Source: Eledone cirrhosa
Taxonomy: Eukaryota
Length of the DNA: 64,000 nucleotides
Reading direction: 5' to 3'
Assembly: GCA_964016885.1 (NCBI GenBank)
Contig: OZ024740.1
Location: 384,214,001-384,278,000 of the forward strand
Position 1 is the first letter of the stretch. Each line of letters starts with the position of its first letter. Below are positions 13,898 through 26,836 of this stretch, piece by piece. A program made the translations under genes and the position numbers. The notes under the pieces are model-generated. The model was not told the DNA's origin. It was given only the letters and a program-made list of their open reading frames with translations, and did no database searches.

Positions 13898-14021
13898 CAT
13901 GGAACTCTTTTAACCATCTGTTGATCTTATATATTATTTATACTCCAGTCCTACAAACTGTAGAGTACTACTTATCCGATATCTGCATCGTTTTATTGTA
14001 CTACAATAAAACTCACCTCCT

Positions 14022-14054
<33 letters not shown>

Positions 14055-14312
14055 GTAATAGTAATAGTAATAAATGTGAAGACTAAAATCCAAAGAGGGC
14101 TCGATAAGGATAAATATATAAGAAGATATATATAAAGAAGGTATATATAAATATATGAGAATATCCCGTTAAGCGTGAAAGCTGAGATTCTTAGCTTAAA
14201 CTTAAATCTGCTATTTTAATAAATATTTGGTCTGGGTTTCTTATATATTTTATATATATTAATCGTTATCGAGCCCTCTTTGCATTGTAGCCTTCACATT
14301 TGTTATTATTAC

Positions 14313-14315
<3 letters not shown>
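14055..14315. mobile_element. Short tails-out inverted pLTR remnant of the 29046-32962 PLE family, between (TA)n tracts
   Basis: AAGAGGGCTCGATAA (near 14100) is the reverse complement of TTATCGAGCCCTCTT (near 14270); matches 32210-32360. Confidence 0.75.
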
Positions 14316-14347
<32 letters not shown>

Positions 14348-14349
<2 letters not shown>

Positions 14350-17300
14350 AAAAGGTAAACAGAAATAACAACACAATTGGTACAGTATATGGAAGGGATA
14401 TATTAGGTTAACCCTTGATAGAGCAGGAAGAGGGTCACAAAATTTCGGACGCTCGTCCTTCATAAGAAGAAAGAATGAGAAATAAGATAGATTGAGGGGA
14501 CGGGCGGGATGGAATTGGAATAAATGTCTTTTGATAAAAATAACAGGTCCATTCATGTTTGCATCTCTTGCAAAACTGTTGGTGCTGGCGTTTTGTATAT
14601 GATTTATTTTTTAGAAAGGTGGATGATGGAGTGCGTCTATCTGAAATGGATAAAAACCGTTTTGTAAAAAGAGCTATACTTGTACACGTGCGTAAGCATG
14701 TGTTTGTGTGTATGAGTGTGTGTGTGTGTTGTTATACGTCCGTACCAAGCTAAGAAGAAAAGTGTGTATATGTGAGTAAAAGAGTGTGTGTGCATAGAAG
14801 TACGAAGCTATGAGTAAAAGTATGTTAATATAAGGGTATATGTGTGTATACAGAACAGTGAAGGGAAACGTAGAGTGAGCATATATAGCCGGCATGTATT
14901 AGTTGTAAGAGAAGCTGCTAATGATCAAGAGAAAGCGACAGGAAACTAGGGGTATGATAATGGACGTGGTATTAGAGAAATTAGGGAGGTGACTTGAGTC
15001 CAAGAGGGGAATAGGACCCAAGGCGGTAAATCAGACTTTGTTCAGTCCTGGTACGTGAGGCCTGTGATACATGATGTAAAATGACACTCAGAACTGAAAC
15101 ATGTAGGGAAGAATGACCAGGAGAACAGAAATGACGGGAGACAGGAGTATCCAAACCGAGTCGTATGTCCCTCAAATATTCGGCAAAACAATCCGCCATA
15201 CGGCGTCCCGTTTGTCCGATATATAAAGATCCGCAAAGGGAACACCGGAGGGCTTAGACAACGTGGATGGATGTGCAGGTGAAGGAATGGTGTATACGGA
15301 AAAACACGTTAGGGCCTGTAAGAGTGGTGAGGATGGAAATAAAGGGACAAGTGTTGCAGCGGGAATGGGAACAAGGACGAGAGCCGGGTGGAGTCCTGGG
15401 AGAGGACGAAAAGGAACTGCGAACCAGGAGGTCGCGGACGTTGCGGGCGTGCTTAAAAGCAGTAATGGGTGGGTTTGGAAAAAAGCGAGAAGTGACAGGG
15501 TCAGAGGAGAGGATACAGGTGGGACGGAGGATATGTTGCCGGAGTGGCGGGGTGCTGGGGTGGTAGGTGAGAGAGAAAGGAACTCGGGTGTTGGGAGGGT
15601 GGGGGTGAGGTGAGAGGGCTGTGGTGCGGTCTGTTTCACGGGCCCAGTTGAAAGCAGCTTGGATCAGAGTGGGGGGATATCCACGCTGGATGAAGCAGGA
15701 AGCAATGCGAAGGGTTCGAAATCGTCGTCCTGGCTACAGAGTCGACGAAGGCGGAGGAATTAGGAATAGGGTATGGAGCGTTTGGTGTGGGTTGGATGGG
15801 AGGAGGTGAAGTCGAGGTAAGATAGGGAGTTTGTAGGTTTAATGAAGATGGAAGTAGAGAGGGTGTGGTGAGAGTGATTAATAGATAGCGTGATATCTAG
15901 ACAAGCGACAGAAGAATCGGAGACGGAGTCGGTGAAATTGAGAGCATTATGGAAATATTGGACAAAAGAAAGTAAACAGTCGAGCTGTTCTCGTGATAGA
16001 GAGGTGGCGCCGATACAGTCGTCGATATAACGACCGTATAGCTCAGGAGTCGGTCCAGCGTACTGGGAGAAGATCTGGGCTTCGACATAGCCAACGTACA
16101 AGTTGGCATAGTTTGGAACCATTGTGGTTCACATCGCTACCCCAGAGACCTGTTGATAAAATTCACCCGAAAAAGAAAATCCATTGAGGGTGAGAACAAG
16201 CTCAGCCAGGCGGAGAAGAGTGGTAGTGCTGCGGTAAGGGGTAGGGCGTAAATCTAAAAAAAGTTGGAGAGCGCTAGACCGTCATCATGAGGGATGACGG
16301 TATAGAGAGAAGTGATGTCCACGTTAAAGAGAATGCAGGCGGGACCAGGAAGAAAGGAGAAAGTGTTGAAGAGTCTAAGGGCATGATTTGTATCGTGGAT
16401 GTAGGAGGGGAGATTGCCGACCGACGGGGCGAGAATGGTATCTAAATATTCAGAAATTATCTCGGTGGGGCAGTTGCACGCAGAAACGATAGGACGGCAA
16501 GGATTATTTTGTTTGTGTATTTTGGGGAGGAAGTAGATGGTGGGTGCGTAAAGTAAGGTTGGTGGCTGTGGGGGTAGGAGACAGGTGTAGATGAGCTCGT
16601 GGATGGTGGAGGACACGAGTTGTTGGTAGCCAGGAGTGGGGTCAGAGGATAAAGGGCGGTAAAGGGTATTGTGAAGCTGGCGGAGAGCCTCAGCCCTATA
16701 GAGGTGAGCGTTCCAAAATCACCACAGCGCCAACTTTGTCAGCGGGTTTGATGACAATGTTATCGCGACGCCGAAGGTTGCGAAGTGCAGAGAGCTCAGT
16801 CCGCGTGATGTTAGAGCGACAAGAATGCTGGTGGAAATGGAACCAATTCATAGTACGCCGTCAAGTATCGACAAAGGAGTCGGGGCAGCTGAACTGGCTA
16901 GAGCTCGGCGTCCAATGTGATTGCCGGTAACTGACACGAGTGAATCATCCGTCTGTGTCGATGATGGCGTGTCGTGAAAAAAAGATTTCAGCTTTAATCG
17001 ACGGAAGAACCCTTCAATCTCGGCACGTGTGCGGAACTCGTCGCAGGTAGATGTGGTTAGTATAAAATGCAAACCACGGGCGAGGAGGGAGCGCTCAGCT
17101 TCGGAGAGTGGTAGGTCCTGGGGTATAGTGACTACAGTGCAGGGACGTGAGGGAGTGAAAGAGGCGGAGGCGGAGGGGTCAAGGTGGTTGGGCAAATTGT
17201 GTGCAGATTCAGTGGTGGGGAGAGGAAAGGGAGTGGTAGATGACGGAATAGAGAGGTTAGGGTTGGAGGTGATATGAGTATGGGTGGTGACGGCAGGCGG

Positions 17301-17998
17301 AGAGCGGAGAGAGTCGAGATTGTGTTTTTTTACGGAAGCGAGGAAATTGAAAAGGAGGCGATTGAGGTAAAGGATGAATTGGATAAGGGATTAGGCGAGG
17401 AAAGGGTGACAAGTGGAGGAGAGATGGAGGTAGGCCTTAGAGAGATCTCGGTCAAGAGAACGCATTTGGGCGAAAGTTGATTGAATGGTCGCTCGCATGA
17501 GCTGGCGAGAATAGCGTGTAAGGATGGGTTCAGTCGTGAGAGCAGAGTAAGAGGTGGCGTGACACTTGATGCGGAAACGGCGAGGAATGAGGTGGTGGAG
17601 GAGACAGCGACTTAAAAATGTGATGTGACTGTTGTATCGAGTTTTGGTGAAGTTGAGGCTGGAGAGATGCAGGGAGGATTGGATGCATATGGGGGGGGGG
17701 GGTTGGACGAAGCGCTTGAGAGTAGAATGGAGCTGGCGCAGAAAAGATTTGAGATTGGGCATATTGAAGGTACTAGGGTGGGAGTGAAAAACAGACGGGT
17801 GAGAAGAAGGTAGTGATAGAAGATTGTAGTAGAGGAAAAGTAGTAGAGAGTCGTGGAATATTTAAATGCAAGAAGGGAAGAAAATTTCAAAGATACGAAA
17901 GATTTCCTAGTGGAGGTTCAGTGTACTCCGGGTTGGTATCCAGTTTCGAGGTGAAAATCCAATCACAAAATCCAAAGAATTTTGATAGGTCCACGTAA
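14348..17998 (-). mobile_element. Penelope-like element (Neptune-type), near full length, degenerate
   Basis: ORF start MPNLKSF at 17762; YFLPKIHK..RPIVS, DITSLYTVIPH, YANLYVG, RYIDDCIG (RT); GIY-YIG C-terminus TPVSRHF..EQSLIYRLG; pLTR ends at microsatellite. Confidence 0.88.
14435..14471 (-). ncRNA. Degenerate hammerhead motif in PLE pLTR
   Basis: Minus: CTTATGA AGGAC GAGC GTCC GAAA TTTT; homologous to the intact motif at 20120-20155. Confidence 0.5.
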
Positions 17999-18019
17999 GC
18001 ATTGATATATATATATATA

Positions 18020-19947
18020 GGCATCCCTAAGGAATTTGTGTTGGAGGGACTCAAATTAATCTTGGAAAACAATTTCTTCGAATTCAATGCCAAATACTAC
18101 AGACATAAATCTGGGACTGCCATCGGCACGAAAGTAGCCCCCTCATTCACCGACCTTGTCATGGGATATTTGGAAACGACTCTCTACCACAAAGCTCTAG
18201 ACAAATACGGCAACCAGTTCTACCAACACATAGAAAAGAACTGGAAGAGATATCTGGACGACTGCTTCATCCTCTGGCATGAAAGTATAGATAGACTGTT
18301 TGAGTTCAAAACTCTTCTGAATGCACTCAACACAAATTTACAATTCACAATGGATTACAGCCATGAACAACTCCCTTTCCTCGACATCCTCATCAAGAAA
18401 ACAAGCAACAAAATAGAAACAGTCATATACTACAAATCCACAGATTCCAAACAATAGCTCCCATTCAACTCGTGCCACCCTAGACACACCAAAATGTCAA
18501 TTCCTTATAACCTAGCCAGATGGATCTGCACAATAGTTTCAGATAAATACACATGCTACACACGACTAGAAGAATTAAAAAACACACTTATCAGCAGAAA
18601 CTACACACCATCCCTTATCAACAATGGATTCAAACGTGCCCTAAAACTCGACATCCAGCAACTCAGACACCTCAAACCCAGGAATGAACCGCAACAAAAA
18701 CTCTGCCATACATCTCCACACACAACCCCCTCAACAATGAAGCATTCGACACCACCCTCCAGAACATTCCTTTACTAAAAAGAGACCCCAGAATGAACAA
18801 AATCTTCCAAACACACAACATCATAAAGAGCAAAAGACCACCTAAATTCATAAAAAAACATCCTCACACAAGCCAAAATCCAACAAACCCTCACAATGAA
18901 CCCTACAGTAACAAAATGCATATGCATAAATCTAATAGAATGTTCAACATTCCATTTTAAACAACGACAACATTTCACAGCTAAACACAACTTTACATGT
19001 GCATCTGAAAACCTAATCTATGTTTTGTCCTCCTCAGGTTGTCAATAGCACTACATAGGACAGACAAAAAACAGCCTCCGTCAACGTTTGACCGTCCATA
19101 AATCACAAATTAAAATACAGGAATACAGAAAGATTGCATTTAGTGAACATATCGCCAATTGTGCACACAAACTTTAAAATGTTCCCCATTTACAAATGCA
19201 TAGACAACGCTACTTTCATCCATCGTACCAATAAGGAAACATATTTCATTAACAAATTCCAACCTCTACTTAATGCACTAAACTTCGGGCCAAAATAGAA
19301 CTGCAACAAACAATCAAAGATTTACAAGAGTTACCACCCTCACACCCTACCTAATCCTTTTTCTTAAATAAATTAATTATCATCCAGCAAGAATTGCCTC
19401 CCCTGCATATTAACTCTCTAAAAAGGGAAATCATATCATACCTCAGGCCTCCATTTGCCTCCACCATGGAAACATGGATCAACTAAGCACCCTTGCTATA
19501 TTAACACATTTTGATATGCTTAACTTCAAGAACTATGTCTGTAAATAACATTATTTTTTCTTTCACGTTGACTTTTTATGCTCTACATTATTCCCGTTAT
19601 TTTCTTTTTTTTTTCTTTCCACTTCATAAACCTTGTTTATAAATAACATTATTCTCTCTGCACCATTTCTGTAACATGTGCGACACCACCATTCTACACT
19701 AATACATATCACTATCATTTGATAATGCATAAAAATGCTGAAACCGGTAATAGACAATTATTAAATAGATAAATAGATAAATAAATGCCATTGTTAAATA
19801 ATAAATAAATTAACTAATACCTTAACACATCACTCAAAGTAAAACATTTCGTTTTAATCATTTTCTAACCCAGAAAAAAGAGAGAGAAATAAAAAAGGAA
19901 AAATATATATTTGTCTTCCTAATAATCAATCGTCGCTTTCTCCCTGT

Positions 19948-19950
<3 letters not shown>
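18020..19950 (+). mobile_element. Penelope-like element (Neptune-type, different family), 5'-truncated
   Basis: GTAIGTKVAPS, WKRYLDDCF, PFLD, SIPYNLA; NLIYVL..YIGQT GIY-YIG near 19010-19070. Confidence 0.87.
19712..19753 (+). ncRNA. Candidate hammerhead with U3-A8 core in PLE 3' end
   Basis: TTGATAA T GCAT AAAA ATGC T GAAA CCGG TA ATAG; stem I weak. Confidence 0.55.
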
Positions 19951-20031
<81 letters not shown>

Positions 20032-20440
20032 GTAAAAGGTAAACAGAAATAACAACACAATCTCTACAGTATATGGAAGGGATAATATTAGGTTAACGTT
20101 TGATATAGCAGGAAGAGGGTCTTAACGTTTCGGGCGCTAGTCCTTCTTCAGAAGAAAGAATGAGCAATAAGATAGATTGAGGGGACAGGTGCGATCTAAT
20201 TGGAATAAATGTATTTAGATAAAAATAACAGGTCCATTCATGCTGACATCTCTTGCAAAACTGTTGGTGTATGATTTATTTTTTAGAAAAGTGGATGATG
20301 GGGCGCATCTACCTGAAATGGAAAAAAAAACGTTTTGTAAAGAGAGCTATACTTGTGCACCTGCGTACGCATGTGTTTTGTGTGTGTGTGTATGTGTGTA
20401 TATTTGTGTGAATACCTGTCTTTTGTCGGGAGGGTAAACA
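20032..20440 (-). mobile_element. Solo pLTR copy of the 14348-17998 PLE family
   Basis: Direct match to 14348-14760 with the same end at a microsatellite. Confidence 0.82.
20120..20155 (-). ncRNA. Minimal type I hammerhead ribozyme
   Basis: Minus: TCTT CTGAAGA AGGAC TAGC GCCC GAAA CG TT AAGA; one mismatch in stem II. Confidence 0.75.
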
Positions 20441-20489
20441 GAATTAAAAAAAGGTATTTAAAACATTGGTAGATTATAGGCATCACCAT

Positions 20490-20613
20490 ATATAGAAATG
20501 ATTTCTACAGGATTAGTCCTGTTTCATTTTTACCAAATCATCTGGAATGCGTGGTGGCATCGGAGGCCCCTGATACTTAGAGGCTTCTAGTCCCGTAGAA
20601 ACTATTTCTATAT
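20490..20613. repeat. Short imperfect inverted repeat element, related to 41966-42090
   Basis: TATAGAAATGATTTCTACAGGATTAG ... CTAGTCCCGTAGAAACTATTTCTATA. Confidence 0.55.
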
Positions 20614-20859
20614 TAAATAATGACGAGAATGACCATTGCGAGACCCCACAAGAAGATAGATACCACTTAGGGAGCATTTAGGTCTGTGTACAACGAACAA
20701 ATCTTCTAAATTCCATGTTTTTCCATTATAGAGTCACGGTTCAAACACCAGTAAAAACAAACCACATCTGAATGGATTATCATCATGCACGCACACGCGC
20801 ATTTGTAACATTCGTCACCATTATTATTGCTATTGTTTATGCTATTATTATTATGTTAC

Positions 20860-21040
20860 CCAAAGGGCAGTGGATGAGCAGTATCGGTAGAGTATCGGAC
20901 AATATGCTTTGCGGCATATCGTCAAATCGCGCTGAGCTTAGCTTTATCTTTCATCCTTCGGCATAGACAAAATAAAGCACCAGTGACGCACTGAGATCCC
21001 TTAAATCGACTTTCTCTTCCGTCACAATTGTTGGCCTAAA
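20860..21040 (+). mobile_element. Diverged SINE
   Basis: AAGGGCAGTGGATGAGCAGTATCGGTAGAG head, CTTTCATCCTTCGG core. Confidence 0.6.
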
Positions 21041-21128
21041 TAAAAAAAAAACATTATGTTACCACCTGACACACATAAATGCACGAACACTACACACACA
21101 TACACACACACATTTATATGTATATATA

Positions 21129-23041
21129 CCGTGTTTCCCCGATTATAAGCCATGGCTTATATTAATTTTTACTCCAAAATGTACCACTACGGCTTACTTT
21201 CGGGAGAGGGAGTTCATATACCGAAAAGATGACACTACGAAACTGAAAATTACAAATTGGCTAAATGATTGGAAATTACGAAAAAACAATCGGCATTTAC
21301 GCGCAACGTTTACTTGAAAGATCAAATTTATTAAAAATTAACACACCCTTTAATTCAAAAACTCATGAGCGAAATAATCCACTAATTTATTCAAAAAAAA
21401 TCATATCATCCTGCTCTGGAATGTCATTGTTTTCCAAATCAGTGGATTCAATGATTCCTGTGGAATTTTCTTGTGAGTCAATTGCCTGCAGAATGTTCGT
21501 CCCTAGTCTTTTATGTTGAGCGATAGAGGTCGACTTGAATGAAGAGTTCTTATCCAGATAGCCTGCTCGTAGTGCATTCATGACACAGCTATCTGTGCTT
21601 TTGTTCCATGAATTTCCCACCCAAGTCACGATCTCTTGAAGGCTGGGCTTCACGAAATTTCCCCGCTATTTCTCGCCACTCTGTTTTCGTTGTAGTCATT
21701 TATTACCATGCGCACATGGTCCTTGAATGGTTTGTTCAGTGCGATGTCAAATGTCTGGAGATAGGCGGTCATTCCTGCGGGAATCATGATTTGATCGATT
21801 CTTCTTTCTGCAAGGTTCTTCATATCTTTGGCGCTGTGCGTGCTGGCTGAATCCCAGACTATGAGACCTCTGGGTTCCACGCAAAATCAATGGCAGCATA
21901 AAATCGACCCACTTCCTGTGTGCACCACGCCTTTTCAGTTTCCAGAACACAGATACCTGAAACGCGTTCAATTTCATGTTTCTTGCCTTTAGTGATGATA
22001 AGAGGTGGGGCTCTGCTTCCGCCGAGACGAATTGCCTAGATACAAGTAACTCGTGCACTTTCGTACCAGTGGATGGAATGTAAATTGACGACGCACCCTT
22101 TTGATCAATTGTAGATTGAGAGCTTTGACCCATGAATACTGCTGTTTCATCCATAGCAATCATGTTGGAGAGACGGTAGTTAGAAAAGTCTATTCCATCA
22201 ACAAAAGATTTAAATACGAGTGCACGTTTAATAATCTCAGTATCGTCCAGTTTGAACGGTGTTGTCTATCTTCTCAGAGAAAATTCGTGTTGCTGAAGGA
22301 AATTATGCAGCCAGTGTTTGGATGCATTGAATTCTTCTGGAACTATACCAAACTCTAGTGAATTTGTAAGGGCAAATGTTTGAATATCAGCCCTGTGAAC
22401 AACCAAAGTTCTGACTCTTCTTTCAGCAATCCATTCACAGATGGCGTCTTCCAGCTCAAGAAATATCGGTTATTGACCAGATCCACGCTTACGTTTCTTT
22501 GCATTTCCCTCGACCATGTCCTGGTTGAGTTTATTGTAGTTCATTCTTCATCTTTGAACCATCCGGAGATCCAGATTCTTTTCTTTGCAGAAAATAGTAA
22601 GATTCTTGCCCAGTGATTCCTCCACAATTACTTTCTTGTACTCGACTGTATAATTCTTCCTTCCTTTCATCTTTTCTAGGGCTGAAAATTATCTTCTCCC
22701 CTGAAGTTACTGATAAGCCATTACTTCCGGTTTGTACCCGCATTTGCATAAACAACATTGATTGCACGCATTTCCCCTTTCCTTTCGTTAATTTCATTAT
22801 CGTTTTTTTCACTTCCGCGTTTTCCACAGACTTCTTATACACCCGCTTATCAGTTAGTTTTACAAGATGCGATCCTGTTCTATAATGGCTGACTGCGACA
22901 ATTTTCATAGCTGGCCATTTATTTCTTTTGGCGTTCATTTTTGCTACGGCTTATTTTCGGGACATGGCTTATATTAAATCCATCCTGAAATATAGTGCGA
23001 CAGCTTATTTTCGAGGGTGACTTATAATGGGGTAAACACAG
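21129..23041 (-). mobile_element. pogo-family (Tc1/mariner superfamily) DNA transposon with degenerate DDE transposase
   Basis: Imperfect TIRs CCGTGTTTCCCCGATTATAAG / CTTATAATGGGGTAAACACAG flanked by TA; motifs IAMDETAVF, LIVWDS, YLQTFDIALNKPFK; subterminal GGCTTATTTTCG repeats. Confidence 0.88.
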
Positions 23042-23049
23042 TATATATT

Positions 23050-23568
23050 ATGGCTGCAAACTCTGTTAAGAGTATTGAAATTGCTTGTCAGATTATAGTG
23101 TTTGGTGAACTTTTAGGCTACCGCCAGCCACACAAGGCTGTGACATATCCTGAACAAGCAATGCCTGTGCTTTGAAGATTTTTAAGTGGGGAAAGGCCTT
23201 GCACTCGACTAATCCCACTCTCTGAGCATCGAAAAACACTACCTGAAAAGGAGAAATGGTCAACATCATCGGATGCTTCCGAAGCCGCAGGGTTCTTTCA
23301 GAGTTTCCTTCTCCTAGAAAGGTGTTGTGACAACAACTGGGGACCTTTCACTCCCATGTGAAAAGAAAAGTACTATTTGGATGGCCGTTGACTACGCTGA
23401 GTTCCTCCTTCATTTGCCGGGTCTTGTATTTCATCCCGCAGGGTGTCCAAATATCACCCTCCTCACTAAGCAAGCTTGGTGGGGTTGCCGGTTTCGTCGC
23501 CGACGACCCGACCATGAGACAGGTTGTACTGGGTTACATGTTACCAGTAGCACTCGAGAGTGACCTGA
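23050..23568 (-). mobile_element. RTE-derived non-autonomous element, relative of 728-1336
   Basis: Shared CGACCATGAG..GGTTGTAC..TACATGTTACCAGTAGCAC..GTGACCTGA terminus. Confidence 0.65.
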
Positions 23569-23572
23569 CAAC

Positions 23573-23626
<54 letters not shown>

Positions 23627-23651
23627 TGTGTGGGGGGTGGTGGGGTGGGGG

Positions 23652-23689
<38 letters not shown>

Positions 23690-25774
23690 ATGTCTGTCTG
23701 TCTGTGTGTGTGTGTGTGTACAAACATCTTTGATAAATTACTGCGTAAGTAAATTGTTCAGTTTGTGGGACTGTGGCAATTTGAAAGTTTAATATGCCGT
23801 TTGTATACACAATACACTGGCTACAACATAATAAATCCACCATACGTGAGATCCATTTTCATATTCACTGGTCATTTCATACTCATTCTTTACAACTTAT
23901 ACGTACTATAAATTGGTAAAAAGATTTTTCTAAGAGTGTCTTAGTCAGAGAAAGGAAGAGATCAACCATGACTCTTTCCCGGGACTCCCAGACTACTTGG
24001 TGAAAGGATAGAAATTCTTATGCTCAAAATGCCGACTTGACTCGAATGTTTTCCATAAAATGATTCCTTCAATATCCCTCTAATGCCATGTAATGGAGTC
24101 ATACAAGGTGATTGATTAATTCTGCTCACCAGAAGCAGGTGAGTTTCCTCCAGCGTGCTACTATACGGTTATGCTAGAAAAAAATTGCCTGTTGTACCTC
24201 ACATCAGAATGGAACCCAAACCTATGTAGTAATGAAGTGAATTCCTGAATTAGATAGCAGGACTGACTTCATATTGTGTTTACAAGTGTATTTTTGAACT
24301 AAATGGAATAGCTTTGACACCAAATCGAAACCGCATTTCACACAGAGCTCTATTATTTGTTATCACTGTTGTATTATTGATGAGATTTCAGTGAGCTGAA
24401 CTTCGAATAATCTCTGCTATTATTATATAAACAATAAAAAGTATAAGGAAATCATTATTTCCCTGCACCATATAATAAATATCACCTATTGATAATTAAA
24501 TTGCTGTTGCCTGCCGCTATCAAATATATGTCAATCACAACCTAATTGTATATGTTTAAAGTGAACTGTTGTACCTTAAATCCAAATCAGTAACAAACAG
24601 CATAGTATTAACTAGTTTACATAGGTATGTCTGCACTGGCGCCATATCTCATCTTTTTCTAATAATATTACTATGTGTTCTCTATGCAGATAAGAGCGCT
24701 GGTGAATATTTGTGAATATTCATATGTATTTCTGTGTGCATATAACGTATGTGTCTGCTCGTACGTGTGAATCTATAAGTGTTTGTGTATAGTACATAAT
24801 TGTGTATACTACATTATGTGTAGTTATATGATAGATTTATCATCCATATTTTATATGCAGATATGTTATGTACACACGTGCCTGCATTAGAATAAGTTAT
24901 GTGTAATTGCTGTGTGCGTTATGGTGTAATTGCTGTGTGCCGGTGTGTGTGTGTGTGTGTTTGTGTGTGGGGGGGGGGGGGGCGTGTGTGTGCTTGTGTG
25001 AGCACGCGTACGTGCGTGTGTATGTGTCTAAAAACAACTATATATAACAGAAACATATCCAGAAATACAGAGAGAGAAAATGAAAACCAACTTATGGATT
25101 TCATAGTAATCTATAAACGGATATATAGAGAAAGATAGAAACGTATGAAAATGTAATATGGATAAAGACACGATTTAAGTTAATATTTAATAAATGTGCA
25201 GGAATTTCTGTAAAGATTTTATATAGAAATATGTTTACATAGAATTTTTCAACTGTTCTCTGTAGTGTTTAACTATTTTTATAGTTATCTGCATTGTGGC
25301 GCCTACATTTTCAAATATAATTTCAACAATGCTTCGCAAGTGAACCGTGTCTGAATTACGCTTTTAACGTCAACGTTTAAATATTTTAAAAAGACGCCTC
25401 TGACACGTTTGGCCATCTGAGTGGCACACGTGACGAAAAATGACGTTCAGTTCTTTTATTATAGCGTCCCGCCTTCTGATGAATCATATTTAAATCAGCC
25501 TACTCCTTGAAAATGTTTTCCCATGCCTTGTCGAGGATTTCATATAAAAGCGTTTATCAAAATATATATGCTTAGAATATTTCATTGAATATATGTTAGT
25601 GATTAAATGTTTCAACATTTTCTTTTAATAAATGTGTTTGAAATATCATATATTACGAAAAATATTTCAAAATTTATCATTAATGCGAGGGAAATATGCG
25701 CATATCATATATACATTTCGTAGTTTTGGTGTGTAACTAAAATTTTATTTGAGATGCGCCAAGATAGATAGATA

Positions 25775-25777
<3 letters not shown>

Positions 25778-25843
<66 letters not shown>
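25778..25843. repeat. (GA)n microsatellite
   Basis: Direct inspection. Confidence 0.95.
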
Positions 25844-25848
<5 letters not shown>

Positions 25849-26105
25849 CAGAAAAAAAGATAGGGAGAGATCGGGGTATCAGAAATATAAGAGAAATGGG
25901 TGTATTCCTCTTCTTCCATTGTCCTGCATCAATTTCCTCCTATTTACCTTCCATCTCTTTCTGAATGATACGCACATAAATATATCTACAACTGTTTTAT
26001 ATTTTCTTACACCATTACTTATCATCTACCTTCCGTCGTTTATGACAAGTAGTACGCTAAGATACATTTATACACAACCGTGTAGACACCACACACATAC
26101 ATGCA

Positions 26106-26140
<35 letters not shown>

Positions 26141-26216
26141 CGAAGGAAATGTGGTAAGGAACCAGGTGGACCATAACGCACCAAAGTACTCAATACTTGA
26201 GGTAGTAGAGTGGGTA

Positions 26217-26322
26217 ATAGGAACCAGTAAGACCCCGACAGCTGAGCTCAAGCCGTTTCGACGGCTAATTCTGAATTAGCCGTCGAAACGGCTTGAGCTC
26301 AGCTGTCGGGGTCTTACTGGTT

Positions 26323-26327
<5 letters not shown>
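26217..26327. repeat. Perfect palindrome with 55-bp arms and 1-nt centre (26272), within a pLTR-like remnant between (TA)n tracts
   Basis: Arms checked base by base as exact reverse complements. Confidence 0.92.
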
Positions 26328-26386
<59 letters not shown>

Positions 26387-26649
26387 TAAAAAGGAAAAGA
26401 AAATGCTGACAAATGTTTCCCAGTGAAAAATAGTTTAATTTAAGAACACATGCCTCATACACAGAGAGCGTTGTGTTTCTCGTGATAGCCCGATTTCACC
26501 AGCCTCGCTTCTCAAGCTTCCCGAAGGCTAGACTCGCTTTTGCAAACCTGTGATCTAATTCAGCATCGAGGGTATCAACTCTATTAAGAGTACTTCCCAG
26601 ATACACACAGCTGTCCACCTCCTTAAGTCTTGTGTGTCAGATTAAACAA

Positions 26650-26836
26650 TTGGGGAGGGGAGTTGAGACCATTGAGGAAACTGAACCCTAGGCGGAAAAT
26701 AAGACTTTGCTCAGTCCTGCTGCACGAGGCCTGTGATCCGTGATCTAAAAGAACACCAAGGAATGAGACATGTAGGAACAGTGACTTAGTGAATGGAAAT
26801 GACGAGCGACGGGAACATCCGTACTGAACCGTATGT
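26650..26836 (-). mobile_element. PLE GIY-YIG C-terminal fragment
   Basis: Homologous to 14990-15170; another fragment at 39855-39945. Confidence 0.65.

Larger units (their letters stand above)
10346..13927. mobile_element. Penelope-like element (Naiad-type), 5'-truncated, with a 1.4-kb inverted copy (tails-out)
   Basis: Arms 10346-11749 and 12517-13927 are reverse complements; ORFs with IIWYNPPFS (RT thumb), CNCPVKNKCPLNNHC linker, GIY-YIG NLIYEC..TYFGST..FKARLYNH and CNLCLCEK. Confidence 0.9.

Noticed and set aside
25400-25450. CACGTG and TGACG motif cluster as a promoter
   Set aside because: Short motifs with no linked gene; cannot be supported
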